Assembly: GCA_030324005.1 (NCBI GenBank)
Contig: JARDVH010000157.1
Location: 22,704,208 to 22,768,207, forward strand
From: Negaprion brevirostris
Lineage: Eukaryota
Direction of reading: 5' to 3'
Length of the DNA stretch: 64,000 nucleotides
Under the pieces are notes generated by a model, which saw only the letters and a program-made list of their open reading frames with translations, was not told the origin of the DNA and searched no databases. Shown here piece after piece: positions 13,186 to 24,730 of the stretch. Position numbers and translations under genes: made by a program. How positions within the stretch are numbered: position 1 is the first letter of the stretch; every line of letters begins with the position of its first letter.

Positions 13186-13517
13186 GGGCAGAACATTGGC
13201 ATAGTAGTTAGCACTGCTGCTACACAGCACTAAGGACCCAGGTTCGGTTCCCAGCTTGGGTCACTATCTGTGTGGAGCTTGCATATTCTCCTCGTGTCTG
13301 TGTGGGTTTCCTCTGGGTGCTCTGGTTTCCTCCCACAGTTCAAAAATGTGTGGGTTAGGTGGATTAGTCATGCTAACTTGCCCCTTCNNNNNNNNNNGTC
13401 CCGGAATGTGTAGGTTAGAGGGATTAGCGGGCTAAATGTGTAGCCCTGGGATGGGATTGTTCTCGGTGCAGCCTCAATGGGTCGAATGGCCTCCTTCGGC
13501 ACTATAGGGATTCTATT
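13186..13517 (+). mobile_element. HE1 (V-SINE) with CR1-type tail
   Basis: Head gttagcactgctgc...ggacccaggttc; V-domain gtgggtttcctctgggtgctctggtttcctcccacagt; tail gggtcgaatggcctccttc. Confidence 0.9.
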
Positions 13518-15184
13518 AGAACCAAAGAATTTGGGTTACATAAAAACTATAAGTGGGGGCATTTGGAGCTGAATGGTTCGTGACAAGTCCTCAGCAGGCA
13601 GACGGTGATGCTGTTCTATTGTGTGTGTATGTGGCGGGAAGGGAGGAAGGGTGCAGCAGAAATCAAAGGTTTCCACGTGGGACCTGGAGAACTCGAAGCC
13701 TTACAACGAGAGGGGAAAAAAAACTCAATTTACTGTCCATAGAGTCTACTTTTTTGACCTAGTGTTGCAACTTCCACCGCCTCCCGTTCCGACTATGGAC
13801 GAAATACCCGTAGCAGATATCATAATGGTTTACAGCATGAAGTTTATCACTTTAGCAGTGTAACGTCCCTTCTTCCCAGTTTAGCTACTGGTTAAATTGC
13901 TGCTACTCAACCTGAGCTGCAGAGCTCATAAACGCTGTGTGCCATCCACGAGACTGGGAGGAATACATATATCGCCATCAGTTTGGCTACCTTATAAAAT
14001 TGTTCTTTTTATGCACCAATGGCTGGACTGACAAAATNNNNNNNNNNNNNNNNNNNNNNNNNNNNNNNNNNNNNNNNNNNNNNNNNNNNNNNNNNNNNNN
14101 NNNNNNNNNNNNNNNNNNNNNNNNNNNNNNNNNNNNNCTTTTTATGCACCAATGGCTAGACTGACAAAATGGCAAATGGTCACCACAAACAATAGTAATT
14201 CTGGACATATATTTGTGTTCCTGAGCAGTTTAAATATGGACAAAGGAGAACACATTAAACCTCTGGAATGTAACACTCCTCGCATTGTATAAACATTCCA
14301 GCCAACACAATGGATTAGCAGGTGAGGCGTCTGCGCCCACCAGTTAAGCACAAAGGCAGTGGTGACTGACCTCCAATATCGCAATAATGGTTGGACAGTT
14401 ACCTGCTTAAAACACAATAGGTTTCAATAAGGGATCTCGTTAGCTGAATAGTTCAAATCAAAATCACCTTGGCACATGACCAAGACTTGAGTTGTTTGAA
14501 TTCCTTTCATTATACAGCTTTTGAACTTTAGCTTCAGTTGCAGTTTAACCTCTAAGCAGAACTAGATACCAGGCTAGCCTCCTGCCTTTTGACCGGCATC
14601 TCATAAAATATAGAGTATATTAATTTCCATGATATACTTGCTGCACCTTCAACCGACTCAACCTGCAACCAAGTTCGTAGGACCAAAACCAGGAATTCTG
14701 CCAAAACCACTGCATGATTCATTACTGAGATTACGTGAAATTATAATTTTTGTTGTAGTCGTTGCCCTGAACTTTCCCTCGTCCCTTTTTTATTTCATGA
14801 ATGCAAGTATTGCGAAACCCCTTCCTACGATGGGTCTAAACCAGCCTTCTTGTCTCGAATTTGCTGCGGGGATAACTGAAGACTGGATCACGCCAAAACT
14901 GAAGGGTTAAGGACAACACACTTCCACTTATAAAGGGAAAATTAAAAATATCTTGTTTTGTGGATGGACGGTGAGAGGTGAAAGCAGATCTGTTCAAAAT
15001 TGATGCCCATCTGTTCCTAACAGTTGTATGAATTTCCACCCATTGCGAATTGTACTGCTCTACTGTGCAACTTAATATTTGTTCCTTGTCTTGTACCACC
15101 ACAAAATATTAAGTGATCATTCGGGAGTAAACAGAAGTAACATGAAGCAGCAGCATCATTGCCGATTACAGCTAGAGTAAGCAG

Positions 15185-15600
15185 CTAGAGTATTATGGTC
15201 AATTATGGGCACCACAGTTTAAAAAGGATGTCAAGGTCTGGAGGAAGTCCAGATATTTACTAAAATGGTACAAAGAGGTACTGTGTAAACTGGGATTGGC
15301 TTCCTTAAGGGCAAACATGATTAAGGGAAAATATAAATAAGTATCCAAAATCATGAAGGAAACCAATACAGCAAGAACACCATTCCCAATGACAAAGGCG
15401 TTGGGGAGAACCATACAAATTTAAAGTAATTGGCCAAAGGGACAAGAGGAAAGATGAGGAATGCAGCTACAAGGTATGAAGCAACTTAAATACTTGAGGG
15501 AGAACCATTTGCAGGACTATCGAGAAAGAACATGAGTGCAACTAATTGGATAGCTCTTTCAAACAGTAGGAAAATATATTCAGCAGTCTGTATATCTTAG
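15185..15600 (+). mobile_element. Old CR1 3' fragment
   Basis: cagctagagtattatggtcaattatgggcaccacagttt...aaggatgtcaagg (LEYCVQFWSPH-type motif). Confidence 0.6.
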
Positions 15601-16052
15601 ATTTTGTTTTCTCTTTCTCCACTCCCCCAAGCCTGTGGTTACAAATTCAAAGAGCCACACTATTCCTTTAACTATACAGTGTTCTAAGATTTTTGATGTT
15701 ACATATCAATTTAATGTTATGCATCTGCACAACTGTCATCTCAATTTCCCAATGTCTGAGTATATCTGATGCTATAGACCCTCCTCGAACTATACACTTA
15801 TGACATACATTTTAATAGCTGGCAGAAATTTGGATTAGAAACAGAAACCCAACATAATGTGTTAGATTACAAAGCCAATCATGTTGTTATTTGATACTAC
15901 AAGAGTTTTTGAAAACACTGGTTGTCTCATTTCCATTTAGGATATATACTGTGTAACTCAGTGAAATAGTCAAAAACAGCACAACAATAAAGCGTACAGC
16001 CCAGAATTATCAAACTTCAATTCCTGGTCTATGCCAAAGAAGTTAAGGGGTG

Positions 16053-16243
16053 GCCTCAAGGTCAAACCAAATAAACAAACGAGTTAAATCAGGACAAAGT
16101 AAAAAGGGGCAGCTCCCCAAAAGGAGAGGGAATCGCCCGAACAAAATCAAAGTACAAAGGAAACTTGAAACATCCAATTATAATGTGATTATTAAGGTCG
16201 ATAATGCACCCAGCTCCTGCAGTGCCCAACGGGCACGGAAGGC
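16053..16243 (-). mobile_element. Tx1/L1-clade LINE 3' end, copy 1
   Basis: Closely similar to 16865-17060 and 19715-19906; the minus strand encodes the ORF2 end ..GCIIDLNNHII. Confidence 0.75.
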
Positions 16244-16864
16244 AATGGTCTACTTGGGACAAAGAAAAAAAAAAATCAGTCAGCTGTCCTGAATATTTCC
16301 CAGAAATCCTAACTGCCAAATGCTCCGACATTTACAATATTGTGAAAGCTGTCAAACTACATCACAGCATTGAGACCAAATAAGGGGGGGTGGGGGAGAG
16401 AGAGATTTGTAATGCCTGTTTTCACTAATCTGTGCAAACAAGTTGCTGTGTTCCCCATTTTCTTTCATTCAACATCCACCATTCTAGTCACCAAAATAGA
16501 AAAGCATGCTTGTTAAACAAGCTGAATGCTGCACAATGCTGAAATTACTGATTTCTTACATGAAGTTCTGTAACAACTTACATGTATATACAAACAAAAT
16601 ACAGCAAATGATTACACACACAAGCCATATCTAAGTTTAATCTTCAAGTATTGTGTAATAGAAGGCATCAAGTCCAATTCTCAAAGCTTACATGAGTCAG
16701 CTGTTTTTAAATTTGGTTAGACTGGATTTTGCTTCAATTTGTTTTGGGGCTCCTGGGAGGTAGTTAAAAAATCTGCACGACTTGCTGGAAGGCAAAGGTG
16801 TGTGGATGTTAGCAACAGGATTATACTTGATAAAGATTATTTCCACAGTTAAATGGATGTTTGG

Positions 16865-17298
16865 CCTCTTTTAAAGGACAAACCAAATAAACAAACTCAA
16901 GTTAAATCAGGACAAAGTAAAAGGGGGCAGCTCCCCAAAAGGAAGGGGAACAACCCAAACAAAATCAAAGTGCAAAGGAAGCTTGAAAACATCAAGTTAA
17001 AATGCGATTACTGGGGTCAATAATGCACCCCAGCTGCTGCGGTGACCAACGGATGCAGAAGGCATCAACTGCGCTTGTGGACACTGCATGCTCCCTCTCC
17101 AGGGACACCTGGCCGCAAACGTAGCCATGGTAGAAGAGCAGTCAGTCAGGATGGACAGCCCCCCTTGATCACCTGCCTAGACCTGTAAATGGCACGCTTC
17201 ACCAGGCCCAGGAGCAAGTTCACAAGGAAGTTGCCATCTCGACCCATCCCTCTCTACACCGGGTGTCTGTAGATCAGCAGCGTGGGACCAAAGTGCAA
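16865..17298 (-). mobile_element. Tx1/L1-clade LINE 3' end, copy 2 (longest)
   Basis: The minus strand reads ..HGYVCGQVSLEREHAVSTSAVDAFCIRWSPQQLGCIIDPSNRILT*, a Tx1-type ORF2 C-terminus, followed by a T-rich 3' UTR. Confidence 0.8.
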
Positions 17299-17479
17299 AC
17301 AAAACATTAATAAAAGGTTCTTCAGGAAAAGAAACAAGAGTGCAACCTAAGACACGAGACATAGACGTGGTCCACTGACTAAAGCACACTAAAAAAAAAA
17401 TCAAATCTGCACAATATACACTAAGAAACTCAATCAAACCACATGCAATATCAGCAACTGGTTAAAGAACAGTACATGG

Positions 17480-17780
17480 AAAGAATGTTTCCTTCCTGTG
17501 GGCAAATCTACAACTAGGGCTCACTGTTTAAAACTAAAATTTATCTCCCATTCAAGAGTTGAATGTTTTCTCTGAGGGTCGAGTCTTTAGAACACATTCT
17601 CAAAATTCAGTGGAAGCAGAATACTTTCAAAGCTAGAGATTTTTGACAAACAAGGGAGTGAAAAGTTAGAGGCGAGTGAGAATGTGGTGTTGAGACTACA
17701 GTCAGATCAGCCATAACCCTATTTAATGGTGAAGCAGGCTTGAGAGGCCAAGCAGCACACGCCTAATTCATATGCACATT
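17480..17780 (+). mobile_element. CR1 3' fragment
   Basis: aatgtttcc...caactagggctcactgtttaaa...cagatcagccat; similar to 2270-2570. Confidence 0.7.
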
Positions 17781-18134
17781 TGTATCATGACACCATATGA
17801 ATCACACAAAGTGATGCATCTTAAATAGAAGTAATGGCACAATATTGCAAATGTTACTCATTAGTTTCAAACAAATCACAGATCTTTTACATACTTTGAA
17901 GTTTCTTTATACAAAGCTTCACTACAACACATCAGCAAAGCAAACCAACAACCTCAGACGGTATCACATTCATCATCTGTGTAACACTGATTGACGGTAA
18001 TGATCCCACAAAATACAGAAAAAATTCAGTGTACTATTGGACAATTATGAAATACCCAAAATTCTTCCCCACTCAGGGCCTTAAATGTGGCAACGCATGC
18101 TAGGCTGCATGAATTTGCATAAATCGCTAGTTTG

Positions 18135-18515
18135 ACTTCAAGTACTGCATCCAGTTCTGGGCTCTACACTTTAGGATGGATGTGAAGGTATTAGAGATAG
18201 TGCAGAAATGATTCATGAGAACAGTTCCAAATATGAAGAACTTTATTATGAAGACAGATTGGAGAAGGTTCAGGACATTTGTTAGAGATATTCAAAATCA
18301 CGAGGGTTTGGACAAAATAGATTGGAAAACTGTTTCCACTCAAAGGATCAAGAACAAGAGGGTACAAGTTTAAAGTAATTAATAAAAAATAAAACATTTT
18401 TATACAGTGCTTGGTTACGGTGGAGGCAGTGAACCATACTAGGTGAATTGCTCATTCGGAAAGCCAGTGCAGACATGGTGCACCAAATGGCCTCCTGCAC
18501 TGTAACAATTCTGTG
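18135..18515 (+). mobile_element. CR1 3' fragment
   Basis: agtactgcatccagttctggg...ggatgtgaaggtattagag...ccaaatggcctcctgcactgtaacaattctg. Confidence 0.75.
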
Positions 18516-18591
18516 CTTTGAAATTTTAAAGCAAAGAAAACCGTAAACAACTCAGCATTGTCAACTGGAAAACACAACTCTTATCAAAAGC

Positions 18592-18872
18592 AGTGCAGTG
18601 GTTAGCGCTGCTGTCTTACAGTGCCAGGGACCCACGTTCAATTCTCAGCTTGGGTCACTATGTGCACCATTAGCATGCTCTGCCCATCTGCGTGGGTTTC
18701 CTCTGGGTGCTTGGTAACCTCCCACAGTCCAACAGACATGCTGGTTAGGTGCATTGGCTGTGCTAAACTCTCCCTCAGTGTACCCAAAAAGGTACTGGAA
18801 GATGGTGACTAGGAGATTTTCACAGTAACTTTATTGCAATATTAACGTAAGCCTATTTGTGATACAAATAAA
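18592..18872 (+). mobile_element. HE1-head SINE with alternative tail
   Basis: HE1 head and V-domain followed by ctccctcagtgtaccc...ttttcacagtaact...aagcctatttgtga, as at 29838 (-) and 43271 (+). Confidence 0.85.
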
Positions 18873-18904
18873 CAATCTTTAAAAGGTTCATGGTTCAAGT
18901 TTCA

Positions 18905-19378
18905 CTCCAGGTTTTGGGCACGAAGGCTAGCACTGTCAGAGGTGCCTTCTTCTGTGCAAGGGGACAGAAGCCATCTACCTNNNNNNNNNNNNNNNNNNNN
19001 NNNNNNNNNNNNNNNNNNNNNNNNNNNNNNNNNNNNNNNNNNNNNNNNNNNNNNNNNNNNNNNNNNNNNNNNNNNNNNNNNNNNNNNNATCAGGTAACTT
19101 AGCTCCGAAAGTTAGTACTACCAAATAAACCTGTTGGACTTTAACCTGGTGTTGTGAGACTTCTTACTGTGCTTACCCCAGTCCAACGCCATCATCTCCA
19201 CATCATGTCTATTTTGAAGAGCAGGGGAATTATCCCTAGCCAGCTTTAATCCATGCATTCAACATCAGAAAAACAGATTTAAAAAAAAATTGCATTACTG
19301 TTTGTGGAAGTTTGCTGCACACACTACCTGCTGTGTTTCCTACAACAGTGATTACACTTCAGAAGTATTGGCTGTTAC
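18905..19378 (+). mobile_element. SacSINE1/Deu-SINE interrupted by a gap and a Penelope-like end
   Basis: gcactgtcagaggtgcc...; tattttgaagagcagggg...cattactgtttgtggaagtttgctgc...tttcctacaacagtgattacacttc (Deu domain). Confidence 0.65.
19100..19206 (+). mobile_element. Penelope-like element terminal fragment
   Basis: ctccgaaagttagtactaccaaataaacctgttggactttaacctggtgttgtgagacttcttactgtgcttaccccagtccaacgcc resembles elasmobranch Penelope ends (recalled). Confidence 0.6.
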
Positions 19379-19650
19379 GGTTGACATGTCCAACAGTTGT
19401 GAAATTCTCTTAGAGTTAATGTCCATCAAAACACTGATGGAATTCCCAATGAAGTTACCACTATCAAGTCTTTAAGCATGACATATTCACATGAACAAAC
19501 ACTCCGAAGTATAGATGGTTCCAAAAACTGTTCATGTTTTGAAGAGGATCCCAAGAGTACACAGGATAGCCTTACAGGAATTCTGCGTTTAGCTTAATTT
19601 CTATCTTGTCTTTTCGACCAAAAGAACCTTCCAAAGTTTTTTTAAAATTT

Positions 19651-21530
19651 CGTTCAGGGGACGTGGGTGGCATTAGTTGGCCAGCATTCATCGCCCACCC
19701 CCAATTAACCTTGACCTCTTTTAAGATCAAACCAAATAAACAAAATCAAATTAAATTAGGACAAAGTAAAAGGGGCAGCTTCCCAAAAGGAAGGAGAACA
19801 GCCCGAACAAAAACAAAAGTACAAAGGAAACTTTAAAAACATCGAATTAAAATGTGATCATTAGGGTCAATAATGCACCCCAGCTCCTACGGTGCCCAAC
19901 AGGCACNNNNNNNNNNGATGGACAGCCCCCTCTATCACCCCCCAATTGCCTTTTAATTGAGCAGTTAGGCCATTTCAGCAGATATTTCACATTAGGTGCA
20001 GAGTTCAGTTAAAAGCAACACTACTCATATACAAACACACCCATTTTTGAAAGTACTTTGGCACTTGGTTCAAGTAGAAAATGCAAGATGAAGTAAAAAT
20101 GGTTCAGAAAGTTGGGCAGCTGAGCTATTATAATTAGCCTCAGCAGTCGAGTGTCATGGAAAAAAATAGCCTAAGTAACTGTTTGCTAACCAACTACCCA
20201 TTAAGAAATTCAATGCATAGGATTGTAAAGATCAAATTCAAATAAATGCACTCCAAGCCTGAATAGCATTGACAATCAAAAAAAAAGACCAGATTCGCGA
20301 GAATTGGAAAAAGTGTTAGCAGTTCATCAGCACTGTACCAAGTCACTGCTTTAAGGAAAGAAACAAACAGTACAAAATTCAGAAACAGTATAATTTCCCA
20401 AGATGTTCATTTTCACAAATGAGTAACAGCAATTGCATATGCCCTCCGAATGTGGTAAAAATCAAAATAATTCCCACCCTAGCATAATAAAACAGACCTA
20501 GGAGGGATAAAAAAATCCATTTAACCAGGGAATCCGTCCTACTGTATTTACAGCCTTCCTATTGAATAAACTTAAAATCCTGTAGAAGTTGGCTGAAACC
20601 TGAGCAGAATACCAGATCAATGTACAAATGTGCAAAATGATTGATAGGCAGAAACCCAGTTAGAGTCTGTGCAGTGCTACATGTTGTTCCTGATAGGTTA
20701 AGTGCTTTTACAACAGCAGCACACAATATTTCCATAATATTTTTAGTACTGTTGCGAAATGAACCTAAAAGTAGCGTGTTTCTTTAAAATCATTCTCAAC
20801 CGATAATCCACCAAGCCAAGTTAGCCTGCCACCAAGACAATGGGACAGTTGACTGCACCTAGTCTTGTTTCAATGTCTCTTGCACCCAGTTCCAAGTATC
20901 AAGCATGTTTTTCAAATTGGACTCTCCTCAACTCCCTTGAATCATAAACTAAGTTTGAATATAATTCTCTCCATTTGGGATTCTGAGAGTCAGTCTTACC
21001 ACTCCTTGTTTCTGCTCTCAACTGGCATTTTCAAGAATGACATTTGGCTGAAAACCTTAAGTTATTCAATCAGCATAATGCTACTTAGGACAAAATATAT
21101 ATTTATCAAAATATAAATTCCCATTTCTGAAGAATGATGTTGTTTCACTTTGTAATAGGTTCCTGTAGCAATGATTTTAATAATTTCATGCAGAAAACAG
21201 CATGATTTCAGAGGCCCTGGACAGTGGTTCAAGGTAATGTGACAACTTCAGGGTGTCACAATTATCAAGTGAATCTCAGAATAAGGTACGAATAATTTTC
21301 AGTAGGCTACTTGATACCATTTTTGCTTCGTCTTGCATTTTCCCCTTGAACCAAGTGCAAAGTACTTTCAAAAATGGGTGTGTATTTGTTTGTATATGAG
21401 TAGTATTGCTTTTAACTGAACTCTGCACCTAATCTGAAATACCTGTTGAAATAGCCTAACTGCTCAATTCAAGAGCAACTGGAAATTGGCAATGAATGCT
21501 GGTCAAGTTAATGCACCCATATGCATTGAG
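19651..21530. repeat. Inverted duplication (arms about 19651-20103 and 21316-21530)
   Basis: For example, attaggtgcagagttcagttaaaagcaacactactcatatacaaaca (left) versus tgtttgtatatgagtagtattgcttttaactgaactctgcacctaat (right). Confidence 0.9.
19715..19938 (-). mobile_element. Tx1/L1-clade LINE 3' end, copy 3, with target-site duplication
   Basis: Homologous to copies 1-2; flanked by cacccccaattaaccttga (19696-19714) and caccccccaattgcctttta (about 19936-19955). Confidence 0.8.
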
Positions 21531-23889
21531 CTTTGTATAGTAACCAAATGTTTATGTATTGCAAATAACTGTAGCGAAGTGCAAACTGAAAGCCAGTGAT
21601 GACTAACTACGCAGTTTCCACAACACAAGTTGCTGGGAAACACTTACTGGATCAATGGCATTACCTAGTGTACATCGGAGTGCACTATGAGGCTAAGCTG
21701 CATTTGCGTACGAATGGAGTAATCGCAAACCTACAATCTAAGAGATTATACGTATACACTTTTCTTTGAAAGATTCTATAGACTATTTGTTTTGGTGGCT
21801 TGTGAAAGATACTCCAGCAGAATATTCTGCCAGAACAGTGTACAAAGTAAAATGCATACACAAAGGGTGGATAAGGTACAACAGAAATATTGTCTAAACA
21901 AGTGCAAAATTGACGATGTATGCTTCATAGGTTTTACAAGTTATCACTAGACATAAATACTTCAAAATGCAAAGAGCTAGCCACATAACAGGAAATTCCA
22001 GAATGTCATTCTCAATTTTGCATTGCCATTTTGTTCACTGAAAGGCCTTATAAGGCAAACTGCTTAACAAAAGCAATTGCTTAACAAAAGCAATTATTGC
22101 CTCAGCTCTCAAAATATGCACCACGGCAAATGAAAACATTTCCCTCTTCTCACCTCCAAACAGCTCTACTATGGATAATGCTGAGGAGCAAAAGCAGTTT
22201 AAAAGGGATCATGTCAACCCTGTTTCTCAGCAGTGTTCTTCACGTTGCCTGAAAATACGCATGATTATTTTTGTGGCCATGGAGTACGATGTTGAGCAAT
22301 TAGATCACGATCCTCCATTTATGGCAGGTCAAGAATAATTCATTATCCATTAAGCTGAAAAATTAGAAATTCTAAGAATCGGGATTTTATATGCACTTCC
22401 GCACTAATCAGGATGCAGAATTACCCTAGTTACCAGTGCAGTCTTTATGTAATCAGTGAATAAACATACTGGGTGGATACCAAAAAAACAAAGAACAACC
22501 TTGAGAACATATCCATATCACGAGTGTGTTGCTTTCATAACTCATAGCGTAATTACAGGCATTTAAAAAGCCAAGCTAAAAAGTCATCCACTTTTTGCAA
22601 TGTCTTCGCAATCGTTCTGCACCATGGGTGTTGGCCCCTAGATTTCACAACCTCAAAAACGGATCTTGATACCCTCCTGTTATAAACCATTAATAGATGA
22701 ATAGTAAACCTTGTTAAAGATTACCTATTTGATCAAGGGTTTTTTTTGAGGTGTGTTGATAATTGTCAGCATACCAAAGTACATTTTATACTGAATACAA
22801 AATTCTAAAAATGGGTCTGTTGAAATACTACTCTTTCTGCAATTACCAAAATTTGGTTATTGCATCACATTCACCACTTTCGACGGATATATCAACTGGA
22901 TTAAACCATAATTTGCAGTTTCAGTCAACACTTAAGAAAAACATGGCCCCCATCCAAGTACAGAGCTGCTCACCAGAAACACCGAGCCATACGATTTTTA
23001 CATAAATTTCTGGAATCCTTTGTGTATTAAGGACTTAAAATTTACAACAAGAACGTGAGAAACATGTGATCCACCAGGCTAAGTGGGTACTTCTGATTGC
23101 AGATGTTATGTTTGAAAGGTGACTTAGATACTTTAATGCAAGATNNNNNNNNNNATTATATCTCTCCTTTCTGAAACACTTACTGTGTGGTGGCATCACT
23201 AACCAAACTGTTGCTCTTTCCCCAGAGAATTCTTTCCTTCTCTCCAATCTGTTATAAATTTTAACATATCCTACTATTTTAAAGCGAACTTGTATCAGTT
23301 GATCTGTATAGGTTGCACGTAAAGCCAGTTTTTATTTAACGCTATTATTACACGAAATAGCATCTTCCAAGAGAAACCAGATTTTTAAGACCCGATGGGC
23401 TATTAATTGCTTGTTATTCCACTATTTTAAGCCACAAGGTAGTCTACATCTCTGGTATTCCAACAGTGTATGTGCGCATCACTCCCTGTTTGGGCAGATT
23501 GCTGCTTGCCACAAAATGGCGGACTCTCCAGAACTTTCCATCACCTTAAAATGGCGCCCGAGTGGAAAAGGAGGGGGAGGGGAGCAGAGACAGGGACAAA
23601 GAGGACTGAGAATGGTGGAGTGACGATATTCCTGCAAGAAAACCCCATTCTGAACGAACACACAGCCGCTTTCTGACAAGAAAAAGTTATTGGCAACAAG
23701 TTTTTTGAAAGTTGTATTTCCTCATATCGGTCATTTCGGCGCTCAAGCCATCTAAAATCTTCCCATATCGTTCATAATATCCAAAATTTAGTATTAGTCG
23801 AAGGAGGCACTTATAGACAAGTTAAACAGAGCTATTCTTTAAATAAAGAGTGGAAATCCCTGGAATTGCGCTTTCTCAGATTCCTTTCT

Positions 23890-24730
23890 ATTCATCGTGC
23901 TCCTGCACCGACAGCAGCTTTTCCAGAACTTTCCTCCCAGTCACTGTAGTAAGCTAAATACCAACTCCGCGCGATTGCGCAGAAACCACTCCCGGCCACT
24001 TTCTGCGCACGCGTGGTTTCTCCTCCCACCCGCGGTTCCCGGACCTTTGTGCATGCCGCATTTTCCGCGCATGCGTAGATCACACGATGCGCCCGGGGAT
24101 GGGAAAAAAAGGCTCATCGGGTGTCACGCAGGCGCAGTTTGGCATTCTTCCTTTCGGCTGAGAAGCGAGGGGGAGGGGAAGAGGGCGAGGATTCCTCCGC
24201 GCGTGCGTGTTGTGGCGGCGAGCCCAGGCGACCCGGGGGTTTTCGTGGCGCTTGCGCGCCCGCGGCGACGGATCCCGCGCGTGCGCGGTGCCATTCAATT
24301 TCGGGTCTGGAGGACGAACTGTTAGCGTCTCGAGGAAAAAAAAACCGCGTCAGGTCGGGCGGCGCGAGAGAGAGTGTGTGCGTTAGCCTAATGGTGGGAT
24401 TTTACCTCAAGGATTAACCCCGGGGCCGACAGGAGCCACCGCCGTCACCGCAGAATAAAAACCGGACTTTTACTCACACCGAAAAGGGAGCCGTATGACT
24501 CGCTAAGGATGGTACGAGAAACCAGGCACCTCTGGGTGGGGAATTTGCCGGAAAATGTGCGCGAAGACAAGATTATCGAGCATTTTAAACGGTAAGTTGT
24601 GGACCGCGCCGTGTGTGTGTGGTAAACACTCTCTCGGTGAGCGTATTATTGTGGGCCCGGCCTCGAGGCCCTTCAGGGTAAACTGAAACCGGAGAAAGTG
24701 TTGGCTTCTTGCTGCAGCTGTGTGAGTGAG
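23890..24730. promoter_or_regulatory. SPEN CpG-island promoter / 5' UTR
   Basis: Dense CpG/GC-rich stretch spanning the SPEN start codon. NRF1-like motifs TGCGCACGCG (24004-24013) and GCGCATGCG (24067-24075). YY1 motifs AAAATGGCG just upstream (23513, 23548). Confidence 0.85.
24509..24591 (+). CDS. SPEN: SPEN (SHARP/MINT) coding exon 1
   Basis: ATG at 24509; MVRETRHLWVGNLPENVREDKIIEHFK(R), the recognisable SPEN N-terminus with the RNP2 motif of RRM1. Donor CG|GTAAGT at 24592. 83 coding nt. Confidence 0.97.

Noticed and set aside
13186-13260. tRNA-like A/B-box sequences here and at other HE1 copies
   Set aside because: These are SINE heads, not tRNA genes; no complete cloverleaf.
14004-14170. 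About 33-bp direct repeat (ctttttatgcaccaatggct(g/a)gactgacaaaat) on both sides of a 100-N gap
   Set aside because: Typical unmerged contig overlap between haplotypes; most likely an assembly artefact.
22061-22095. Short tandem duplications (tgcttaacaaaagcaat x2; similar ones near 28023-28079, 36587-36650 and 62421-62440)
   Set aside because: Ordinary slippage duplications of 2-3 copies with no spacer structure; not CRISPR-like and no evidence of function.
23897-24417. 142-aa and 98-aa ORFs upstream of SPEN
   Set aside because: Stop-poor GC-rich CpG-island sequence, non-ATG starts, no recognisable domain.
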